A stretch of 64,000 nucleotides of DNA, from contig CM022673.1 of assembly GCA_012295275.1 (NCBI GenBank), forward strand, positions 7,998,001-8,062,000, given 5' to 3'. The DNA is from Chrysomallon squamiferum. Taxonomy: Eukaryota > Animalia > Mollusca. Position numbers and translations under genes: made by a program. The notes under the pieces were generated by a model that was not told the origin of the DNA, did not search any database, and worked only from the letters and a program-made list of their open reading frames with translations. Below, in pieces: positions 40,487 to 52,765 of this stretch (positions within the stretch are counted from its first letter, which is position 1; the number at the start of each line of letters is the position of its first letter).

Positions 40487-41392
40487 AATAAATAAAAAAA
40501 GCTGTTGGGTATTTAATACTTTGACCATGAACCAAGAAACTAAAAATGTCTTAACTATTATTATTAAGCTGTAACATAAACTAAACATTTCTCATTTAAT
40601 TTAGGGTGAACATTCTAAAGATCGCTCAGACCATAAATCTCAGAGATGTAGATGAGACAGAACTGCTGTGTTAAAAGTAGTGTCGCAATATAAATGTTAT
40701 TAAACGTTTTAATTGCTAACGATAAAAAATAATACGAAACTAAATATTTAGCTCAGTCTGTGTAATTCAATAAATTCCCGCCGAAAATCATGATTCTCGG
40801 CAAGACGATCATCAGTCGAGGAAATGTTATTCGATGTTTGTTATATAATTCATATTATTTAATTTTATTTTTAAAAACTTATCAAGAATTATTTTTCAGT
40901 TAATTCAAAAGATAAACTGTGCAGATGGTTGCAAGGATCCGATGGCCCAAAAATAGTTAAGGTAGAAAATTAGGCTTGTTTTCGTTCGTAATTTAAACCA
41001 AAATGTTACATTTCTGCTGAATGACGCGCAAGAATATTCACTTTCTTATTTCTGTTTCTTCCATTTGTACGTCGGACTAAAGACCTTTTCAGACATCAAG
41101 ATCGATTTTTTTCCAGCAGTTTTTGGAAGGTGCTAATATCGTGCATTAATGTATTTTATTTTACACTGGGTTGAATAAACGGCTGACGAAATGCTTGATA
41201 ATATTTTGATGTTTGACAGTGAAAATAGAAACATTTCTCTGACACAAACGAGAACTTGCCCGAGGCGTCGTATTACGAAGAGTCGATCCGCCTGGACAGA
41301 CTGTTTGCGTTTTCTATTCTTTTCTTTAATTTTCCCTTTTTTTCTATGAAAAAAAACCCCCAACAAATTATATAAAAAAAAATTAAAAAAAA

Positions 41393-41423
<31 letters not shown>

Positions 41424-42147
41424 TAAAAAAAAAAAAAAAAAAAAAATAAATAAAAAAAAAATAATAATTATAAAAATGAAGTCTAAAAATATCAAATAAA
41501 ATATAATAAAATTTAAAAAAAAATAAAAAAAAGAAAGAAAGAAAAAAGTAATAATGTCTATGTGACAGATACATTAAAGGTCTTGAGTAATTTGGTGTAG
41601 GATGGTATTTAAAGCATATTTTGCTTTAATGTGTGGAAATGGCAGATAGTTTTGTCGCATGAGTAACAGCAGCGGTTAAAACAGAAGTAGAACAGCATAA
41701 CTGCAACAGAAGAAGTCTTAGTGGCTGCTAGTACTAACAAAAGAGGCTAACAGAAGTACTATATAGTAGCTGTGCCAATAATAGTAGCAGTAGCTTTAGC
41801 AATATTAGTCATAATAACCGCAGCACTATTAGAATAGATAACAATAGTAGTACAATAGTTGCAGTAGTTGTAGTAGTATAAATGGCAGTAACTGTAGTAA
41901 CAAAAGCAACAGAGTAACAGTAACAGTAGATGTCATGTTGTATTAGTATTAACACAAGTAGTTGACATGGTAGCTGAAGTAGTAACTATTGGTTTATTTT
42001 CCAGTTGCGTTTATCCAAAATTGTTACACTGTCTAATAATGTCACTACAGTGAAGTTCTTTCTTACTTGAAGAAAACTGTTTAATGTAATTTCGTTGAAA
42101 AATATCGTTTATGTATGAGAAGTCTACAAAAATCAACAGAACAATCA

Positions 42148-42181
<34 letters not shown>

Positions 42182-43667
42182 TTATTTTTAGAAAAATGGT
42201 CTGTCTAATTTTTATTTTTCAGCACAGTAAAAGCTCGAAGAAGGCGATGATAAAAATGTAACAAACAAAAGTAAAACTCCGAAAAATAAACTTGAAAAGA
42301 AAAGAAGAGGGACGAATATTTTCGATGAAATTTATCAAAGTCTTATATTCAGAAATTAGATTTCGCAAGAATTATTTAAAAACTGAGAAATATTGTATAT
42401 GCTGTTTTTAACATAACAATATTCATTATTTTCACACAAAATTTTTATTTCTGCTGTATTGAACAACAAAACAAAGGAACAAAATAAACACACACACACA
42501 AAAAAAAACCAACATAAAAAACAAAACAAACAACTAATTAATAAAAGAAGAAGCATATCAGGCAGTATAATCCTAATTATATATTCCTGATTAAAACGAC
42601 ACATCTCTAGACCGTCAAGTGAAGGTCACTCGCCCACGTACAGTCCTTGAGATCTCGAGGGCTGTGGGTCTAAAATGCAGCTGCTTTCCGAACAATACGA
42701 GATGCCATTACGAGGGATTAGGAGGGAAAATCCAATAAGATGAAGGTGAGGATAACGCAGTTAATGCGACGACCACCGCGCATTCCACCTGACTCGGCAA
42801 CAGACGCCTGCGCTGCGGACACACGTCGGCCGCTAATCCGCACGAGTGGCTTCCCCTTTTTTTGCGGACGACTTCTTAGTAATGGCGGAATCCCAGAAAC
42901 TGATTGAGTGGTACTCGGCGGTTTGTGTTACTCTTCTTTGTTAGTGATATTGAATAACCACGGGAAGCCGCATGTCTTTACATTTCTCCTAATTATCTAT
43001 TCATCCTCAGCAATGTTTTATTTATTCCTCAAAGCTAATTTTTTTTTTTTTTTTTTCATTATAATCAAATATAAGGATATATAATACAAAAATTTCGTGA
43101 GAAATGGAGATTGACATTAAACTGCTGTTAATAATATTCTTTTTTTCTCTCTCTCTTTCTTTTTTTTCTTTTTCTTTCTTTCTTACTTTCAATTTTTTAT
43201 TTTTTTTTTTTTATTTTTTTTCGTTTGTGACATTAATCGAATATAAATTTAACAATGCATACACAAACATGCATTATTCCTATAGGAGAAATGTTCCGTT
43301 CCAACCGATGGAGTGATTTACGATTTTTTTTCTAAAGGATGGTGTAAAGTGACGTGCAATAAACAAGTTCATCCCTGGTATCAAAAAATTCTGCGTAGTA
43401 GATCTGTATTCCGATACACGTTAACAGAGAGCCATACCTAGCTACTCTAAAGTTCAATCCCATCAAACACCCAACACATTAAAACAGCGTTTATGCGTCA
43501 ACTAAAACATGTTATATAAAACTAATGTATCACTTCGGTTTTAACTAAAATATATATATATAGATAGATATAGATAATCTGAATTACTGTCACGAATCCT
43601 TTTAGTATTATTATGATTATTACTCATTTATCGTCGAACAGTTCCTCAGGGTGCTATTACAAATAGG

Positions 43668-43712
<45 letters not shown>

Positions 43713-45136
43713 TCCAAGGTAAATGATTAATATCTATTTGTTGTCTATCGATCTAATTGTCTTAGAACGGTTAGCCGGTCTGTGCAGCGCTCGGTGAGTT
43801 TGATCACTGGATGCACGTGGCTAGATAAGGAAACTGCAGCAGCGCGGAGTGAAATAATTACCACCCCCGCGCTGCCTTCTCGAATTGATCTCTCGATGTT
43901 ACGCGTCTCCGAAACGCCTGACGGACAGGAGCGAGGCCAGCCCAACTGCCCACAAATGTCGTCAACTTGTCGCAAAGTGCCGCAAAGTGCCGACTCGGAC
44001 TTTTTAAAACACCGGGTCTTTTGAGAAAGCAGGTAATACAAGACCTGTTAGTACGCGGGGCTGTTAGTCACTTCTTCGCCAGTAACGTCGTCGTCGTTGT
44101 CGTTGTCGTCGTTCGTCGTCGTCGTCGTCGAAGCTGAGTCGACAAAAAGAAAAAAGGGATTATATTGTGTAATTGATAGAGATATATGTAAAAAAAAGAA
44201 GAAGAAGAAGAAAAAATAAATTTTGAACAGTATAATGTGTATAAAACAATGACTGTTGAGGTGAAATATTTAAGACTAACTTTTGCAGGTGCTATCGAGC
44301 TTTTCAAATAAGAAATTAGTTAACGACAAGGTAAGATGTTTACGGATTTAATTTCTTTTATAAAATTATTATCTACATATAAATATATATATATATATAT
44401 TTGTCCAGTTATATATATATATATATGTAACTCTTTTTTTATATTTCTTTTTAAACATTTAATAAACCACAAATAATATGGATCTGTCTTAATACCAAAT
44501 ATTAATTTTCGACACAACAAAACTTTTTTAATTCTGTGTTTATTTTTTGCGAATTCAGATAAACCTAACATTTCTTTTTTTTTCTTTTTTTCTCCTTTCC
44601 CTCATTTCCTACTTAGTTACTTCCTTTCTTTTGTCCACTTAGTGAAGAAAAAGAAACGGACAGAAATTTATTTCTTCTTTATTTGTATCTTTTTCAATTC
44701 TTTTTTTTTTTCTTTTAAAGAATACAGAAGAAAGACGAATGAAAATAGCTTTAATATGTTTCTCTTTTTTTGCGTTTTAAAATATTTTTTAAAATTTCTG
44801 TTTTAATTAGACTAACAGTTAGACTATGACAACATAGGAAATTTCATAGATCAAAATTTAATCTGTTTGGAAGTAATTATTAAGTGTGATACGTCCACGG
44901 AATAATGCGCTGTGAGTATTAACACCAAAAAAAAAAGACCCGCGACGTTCGCCGACGGATTTCTGATTTTTTACGTAACAAAGCAAGACGTTTTAATGGA
45001 TCAGATGCGTGTGGTTATTTTAATAACACATATAAGAAATTCACTGTAAGTGAAAGTTTCTTAAGAAATCGTTCACAGATAAACCCGCTTTGTCTGCTTG
45101 ATGGAGAAGTTTTTACAGCTATTTTAAGCATCACTT

Positions 45137-45170
<34 letters not shown>

Positions 45171-45879
45171 CAATGGTGTTTTATTATCGAACATTCATTA
45201 ACTGAAGGATGAAGAATTCTTCGGCTTTGGCTGCGTCGTGTCGTACACAGGTGTCCGCATTGGCTCTGGTCGCAGCTCGACAACAGTCACGGCTACGACA
45301 ACGTCTGTGGCTCGGCGTTAGTCAGCAGCTGATCTATCTTTGGCACAGCTCCGTAGCATTGCGAACAACCGCGAGGAGTCTCGATATTTCGAATTCTCCC
45401 AGCTGACGTCTGTTGTTTGTTATTTGTACGTATCGATGGTGATGGATGACTCGGGACAGACAGAGTCGCCAGTCGCTGACTCATAGGAGAAGAGTTTTTA
45501 TTTTGTGTGTAATTAGGTTCTGTATCCACTACTACCACCATGAAAAAATAAACATCAGTAACAACAACTGACTGCTATAACTATAGTACTGCTAACCACT
45601 ACTCTACTACTGCTACTACTGCTACTAGTATTATTACTGCTGCTGCTACTACTACCACTACTATAACTATTTCTACTACTATTATTGCTACAAGTACCAC
45701 TACAACTTTTACTGATATTTCTGTTGACGGTACTACTGCTACTACTACGATTAATACTATTATCACCATACTAAAATGTAACTTTAAGAGTAACATCAAC
45801 TAATACATTATAACTACTACTACTACTACTAAAAGTACTACTTCCACCAACACTACAACTACCACCACGACGCAGATAT

Positions 45880-46330
45880 TTTGCTAATAATAAAAAAAAA
45901 CCTAATAAAATACGCGCGAATACCCTCTCATAAACAGCACGGTATTACGTCATACGGACATCGGAAAAGTGTCTGAGTGTGTCATTAAACAAAACATTTC
46001 CTTTTATTTCTCTCTTCACCGTTTCTACCCGAAACTAATACGAATAAATCACATTAAATAAAAATGATCGGGATCGATATGACATATTCAATTACCTTTC
46101 TAGACGAAAACGGTTACACCGAATATTACTGGATGTCAGATATCTGAGTGAAAAATTAATTCGTTGTTTATTGAGTGAGTCTTTGTATTACAGCCGACTG
46201 TGACTCGGTTTTCGTATCGCTGGCTGCACGAGGCGCCGGGCGTCTTAGGATCAAACCTGCTCGGTTCTTTCACTGGACCATTTCCCGTTCGAGTCAGTGC
46301 CGCAAGACAAATTTATGAAATGTAGCAGTG
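45880..46330 (+). mobile_element. SINE remnants (3' tail about 45880-46000; 5' part about 46200-46330)
   Basis: TGAGTGTGTCATTAAACAAAACATTTCCT tail, and GTCTTAGGATCAAACC..CACTGGACCATTTCCCGTTCGAGTCAGTGC similar to the start of the 9860 copy. Confidence 0.4.
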
Positions 46331-46376
46331 TGTCTTTCGTTAAGAAAAGATATATGTCTGTTTATCTATCTATTTA

Positions 46377-46407
<31 letters not shown>

Positions 46408-47084
46408 CTCTATCTAATCTAAACAAATCCTTCGATGCTAACTGATTACAAACAGCCCACGTGTATTACCTCTCTGGTATGGTTATTTCTGCGTGTATTT
46501 TTTATTATCATTGTTACTTTTATTATTAATTTTTGCCTAAATTCACAGTTAAAATGCAGAAGAAAAAAAAAAAAGTACACTCATATAAATGCTAGATTTG
46601 ATTACAAAATCAATTGCAGACACTTTTGCTTGTCCTTTTTTTTTTTTTTGCAAGCCAACTGCCACAGCAGTCCGCCGCATACATTATGTCAAAGCTTTAT
46701 GAAATTATCAGTTATTTTTATTTCAGCTATGTTATTTATCACCGTAATTACACAGTATAGTGTTTTCCAGCTTCGTTAGCGGCACGAGGTAATGATTTAT
46801 TTTGTTCATAACTTGTAAATACCGTCACAGAATGTGCTTAAGGTCAAGGGTAAATAAAATAAAATAAAATAATAATAACTAAAAGTAAAATCAGAGTTGC
46901 ATAGTTGTGAAGGCGGTTTATCATCATCGTCATTATCTTCTTCTTGTTCTTCTTCCTATTTCTCTTCCATATCTCTTTGAATCTGTCTGTCTATCTGTCT
47001 GTCTGTCTGTATGTCTATATATGTGTATGATTATGTCTGTCTGCCTGCCTACCTGTCTCAGTTTCATTAACTATATATGTGTTT

Positions 47085-47179
<95 letters not shown>

Positions 47180-47513
47180 CATTCTTCTTTTTTTACCTTT
47201 TGTCACCCCCGCTCCCTTAGCTCCATTCTATTTACGTGGTGACGTTAACTCCATTTATCTCCATTTTCATTTTTAAAGCGTCGACAACAACCAAACAGCC
47301 AGGCATTTTTGTTTAACGAAAATACTCAGGAGAATAGCGCACAACATTTCTGTCGTTTAAATGCACTTGTGATGGGCAGGTCCTATCAGCGTTTAACTTC
47401 ATCAACAATAACACGGGATAATTCTCAGAGGTTGCGTAGTCGTCTCTCGAGAGGTTAAAAACTGAACGTTCTGACGATGCTATCACGTGATAGGCGTATG
47501 CGCCCAGAAATTA

Positions 47514-47613
<100 letters not shown>

Positions 47614-48027
47614 ACGGCGTAATGACAGGACCTCAATAATTCGAGGATCCCGTTTTGATTTCAGAGTATCATAACTGACAACGTATTGAACACCTTTTTT
47701 TTTTATTACTGTTACTTTTTGAACAGTTTTTAATGGAAGTGTGTGGGTGTGAACGACAGTAATGGTGAAAAAAAAACCAAAAACGTTTAAGTTTTAAAAG
47801 TTCGAAAAAAAGACAAAAAGCATTATCGAACCACCCACCTACACAGTTTATTGCAATAAAAAAAATAGTAATAATAATAATAAAAAGTTTATTTTCGAAC
47901 TAATAATGCAAGAAAATTAAAAATCACAAAAAAGTAGAAAAAAAGAAAAAAAGAAAAGAAAAGTTCACTGAAATAGGCAATTAAAAAAAAAAAATAAAAT
48001 AAAATAAAAATAAAATTAGAATATTAA

Positions 48028-48337
48028 AAATAAAACATGAATGAAGTTTGATACCAGGCATGCCTCTTATAGTTCTCGTTTTGTTGCCATTCATGGCTAA
48101 AACATACAAATAACGTTTATTTCTTCATTCATATTTCTTGATACGCTTACTCATTTTACTAAAACCTGTATGCACAAATTATAGAATAAACTTTAACTAT
48201 ATAAACACATAACAGAATAAGTAATGTATAAATTCTAACTGAAGCACAGCAGGTATTAAACATTATTATATTCAGACAAAAGTGACATTTGAAACTGTTA
48301 ATATATAACCACCGACATGCTTTCCAAATGCTCTTGT

Positions 48338-48389
<52 letters not shown>

Positions 48390-49191
48390 ACATACACACA
48401 CACACATGAGATGAAAACTTCTAAAACAGGATTTTCTGTGAGAATAGCCTAAATGTTAATGGAACTGGAATTTCAAAACAGACAGCCTACAAGTGTGTAT
48501 TATAAACAGACCACAAAGAAATACACGAGTTGAATACGACCGTAATGAAACATTATAGAACATGTGCAAGATAAATAATATTTATTTCAGCATTCAAAAT
48601 TAGAATAATCTCAAGATGGTCTGTATCAAAACAGGGAATAAATGAATGAAACGATAATACAGAATGATGTAGGCGGGATTCTAATCAGATCATATGGGAA
48701 CAATTTAGAACGAATATAAAGTGTATTCGTTTCAAATAAAGTAAAAGTTTTTGGAGTCAGAATTAAACTTAGAGGTTGATAAATGGAAGCATTTATTTAG
48801 ATTATTGTTTGAATCTTAAGTTAGAATATTAAAAATGGAATATTTATTTAGAATATGATGTTAATTGTTAAGTTGGAATGCTAAACTGAACACGTATTTA
48901 GAATGTGAACAAAATCGTGTGAATCATGAATTGGAATGCTAAATCAGATACATTAAACATCGTTCATTTCGGAATCTTTAAAATTTGATATTAAGCTACG
49001 ATGTCTGAAACCACACTGTAGTTTCGTAAAAAAAAAAAAAAAAAAAAAAAAATCAAATTATTTGTTCTTTAAAGTAATTAGTTTATATATTTATGAAATC
49101 AAAAATTCAAAAAAAGAAACTAAATAAAAATTAAAATTAAATGTTTTTAAATTAAATAAAACATGAATGAAGTTTGATACCAGGCATGCCT
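48028..49191. repeat. 38-bp exact direct repeat flanking about 1.1 kb that includes a degenerate tandem array
   Basis: AAATAAAACATGAATGAAGTTTGATACCAGGCATGCCT at 48028-48065 and 49154-49191; internal units of about 50-60 bp with TT(A/G)GAAT..TAAA at about 48750-48960. Confidence 0.85.
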
Positions 49192-49788
49192 TGATAATTA
49201 CGCAAAAAACAATTTGTGAATAAAGTTAATTATTAATGATTGTTTGTCATACAAATGGAACGTCAGACTATAGCGACATTATCTGTGACTAACTTACCGT
49301 CACCCGTCAAAATAAATCGATGACGAACAATTTTTTTTTTTTTTTTTTTTTTTTTTTCTCTCCACAGTCATTGTATTTAAAAGGTATTTAAACACTTCTT
49401 GGGACCTCATTTTATTTATGTATGACTAAATCGAAGGTGGAGGTCCTGAAGTGCATAATTTCGCTCGAAATACATGTTAGCGGCATATTATTATTACGTT
49501 ACATATGTAGGCTCTAATGATGTCATAAAAGAGGAAAGTCATCTTAAGCATGAATCATTTCATAAATTTTAAATCACGAACAAATCCTACCGAGTCTGTC
49601 TGTGTATTTATCTTTTTTTTCTAAAATGCATCTGTGTATTTCTTTATGTATATTTGTTATATGGTCAATGCCTGCAGTGGTTCTTTTGCGAGAATCATAA
49701 ATACTTTTTTCTTTTCTATTTTCTACTTTTCTTTTTTTTTTTTTTTTTTTTTTTCTAATTTATTTTTTTTTTTTTTTAAATAAATATA

Positions 49789-49860
<72 letters not shown>

Positions 49861-50496
49861 TAATAACAATCATAATAATAATAATATAAACAAACTAAAT
49901 AAAACAGAAAGAAAACCGTCAAAATCTAATAATTTGCTGATTTACAAATGTAACACAAAGAATATTCATAAAATACTCGAAAAAGGATTTTTATTATTAC
50001 ATTATTTTCTTGCTGAATTTGAGTTTCTTATTTCACTTGAACTTAACCTTTTATCTAATCTCCCTTTATTTGACTTTGTATTCGTAAGCGAATTTAAAAT
50101 GGTCAAAAGGGAAATCAGAAAAAAAAACAAGAAAAAACTTTTCATTAGATAATGTTGGCATAATGAATTGAATGCGACTGAAGAGTCACTTAACCTGTGA
50201 CTTCGAGCACAGATGAATCAACTTTATATAATTGTTGTTTGAAAACAAAGTGGCTCCTGGGAACCATAGCAGAAGTTGAAAGAGTATTTCTAGCCAGACT
50301 TTATATTAATGTATAATATAAAACAAATTATATATGTTGTATGTATACATCCAAGCAATTGTGTTGTTTGTTATTCTTGATAATTACCACGACTGTTATA
50401 TTAAAATAAATTTACTGTACGGGAGCATCATATTTTGTTCTCGTAGACATGACGTCATATCGTAACTTGTATTATATATATATATATATATATATA

Positions 50497-51187
50497 TACG
50501 AGTGCACCAACTTACGAGTTTTCCGAGTTACGAGCAGTCCCACGGTTGAATTATTGCTTTGAGTTGCGGGCCAAAATCCGAATAATGAGTAAACTTCAGA
50601 TACGTCCCAGTATCCCGGATCTTACAGCACCTGGTTACCTCGCCGTGGAAGCATCTCTTATTATGTTGGGTTCTCGTTTTGTGCAGTATTTTGCCAAATT
50701 TCTTTTTTCTAACCATGGATCCTAAGAAAGTGAGTGCAAAGGACAGTGCTGAAAAGAAGAAGCGGATGATGTCCATTGAATTAAAGCATGAAATGATAGA
50801 AAAACATGAGCGAGGTGTGCGTGCAGTTGACTTGGCTAGGCAGTACGAGCGTAAGACTTCTACGATATGAACCATACTGAAGCTGAAGGAGTCGATAAAG
50901 GCTATAACTCCAGCCAAAGGCGTTAAAATAATTTGTCTAATCTCCAAGATAAATACACTTTACAAAACCAATAAATTTCGTTACATTCTCTTTTATTTTT
51001 TTTTTTATGCAATATTTGTCTTTTATATATACATTTTTCTTATTCAGAAACACGTTACCAAAAATTGGGGTGGTTTTTTGGGGGCTGGAACGGATTAATG
51101 GTATTTCAATTAATTTCATTTGGGAAAATTGATTTCAGTTGGGAAAATTGAGTTACGAACTCGGCTACGGAACGAATTAAACTCGTA
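50497..51187 (+). mobile_element. Internally deleted Tigger (pogo family) DNA transposon with a CENP-B-type HTH remnant
   Basis: From 50715: MDPKKVSAKDSAEKKKRMMSIELKHEMIEKHERGVRAVDLARQYERKTSTI*TILKLKESIKAITPAKGVKII, a Tigger transposase N-terminal HTH with a premature TGA at 50868. Repeated TTACGAG motifs at both ends, inverted TACGAGT/ACTCGTA, and a Tigger-like 3' end GGAACGGATTAAT..GGAACGAATTAAACTCGTA. Confidence 0.85.
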
Positions 51188-51877
51188 CAGACAATGATTG
51201 GAGGGAACAAAGAGTTAATGAATTATGGGAGAAAAATGTTTACATAGCCGTAATATAGGCGGGGGTGTGGGGTATTTAAAATACATTAAAATATGTATTA
51301 AAGTAATAAAACGAAATAAGATTTTAAATTAATAATTCCTTTAAAGGAACACACACCTCCATCCAACCCACCCGCGCGCACATGAATGTATATAAATATA
51401 AATACAAATACAAATATAAATATAAATATAAATACATATATAAATATATAAATATAAAAATATATATATCATTATCAATACAAATATAAATATAAACGTA
51501 TAACCACTCACCAGTACAATCGTTTATAAATAATACAGTAATTATAAAAATCGGAAAAAGAATTATTGGTCTACAGTTCAAGAAAATCTTTGAAGTGATT
51601 TATTTGGATTTATTTGTAGTAGCATTTGTTATTTTTATACTGACCGACAAATACGAAACGAAATGTCAGTAAAACAGAAATAAACGATAAAACCCGGAAT
51701 TAATGAATGAAATTTTTGATGAAAGAAAAACATATTAATGAAAAGAATTAAAACATTTTTATGGCATTTTCCTTACAAACAACAACAACAACAGCAACAA
51801 TAATGATGATGATGATGATGATGATTATGATGATAATGACAGCATAAACTGTCGTAGTTTTGTTTAAGCACACAAAC

Positions 51878-51950
<73 letters not shown>

Positions 51951-52681
51951 TGAAGGCAGAATTAGTACTGTCGTAATAATGGTAAGTAGTAGTTGTAGCA
52001 ATAGTAGTAGTAATGGCATCAGCGACAGCAGCAGCAACAACAGCAGAAGTATTAATAATAATAATTATAATAGTAGTAGTAAATAGTAGCAGTAGTAGTA
52101 ATGGCAGCAGTAGTAGCTGCAATAACAATAGTAGTAATAATAGTGATAGTAATAACAATAGTAGTAATAATAGTGATAGTAATAACTATAATAGTAGTAG
52201 TAGTAGAAATAATAATAGTTGTAATAGTAGTTACAGTAACAACAGCAGCAGTAGCAGCAGCAGCAGCAAATACTAATTAAAACAATCTTTATAAAGATGC
52301 TTACGTGATATACGAAACGTAATTTGACAATTTATGATACAGCAAAAAATACAGAACAAATTATCGTTTTATTGTCGTATGCAGGACGCGGTATCAGTTT
52401 CATTGTGATGACTGTCGTTTATCTGAAACTAACCAGTGTATCGTAATATCGTTAATGTTTCTAAAGCAGATGACAGTCGTCAGTTTAATGTTTCTCTCTT
52501 ATTTATTTACTGGCGGAGTTATTTGTTCCCGTAGTAATTGTTTGTGTCATTATCGTGGCACCCATTTTTCTGAAATATTTACAGTGTTTGCGCTCAAAAA
52601 AACAAGCGAGCTCTCACAGCATACTAAAACGCTGATGGCTTAAACGTAATTTTTTAACGTACTTCTGGTGTGTGTGTGTGC

Positions 52682-52765
<84 letters not shown>

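Noticed and set aside
43745-44041. Overlapping 98-aa and 80-aa ORFs on opposite strands
   Set aside because: No recognisable domain, non-ATG starts, and such ORFs are expected in a GC-rich island.
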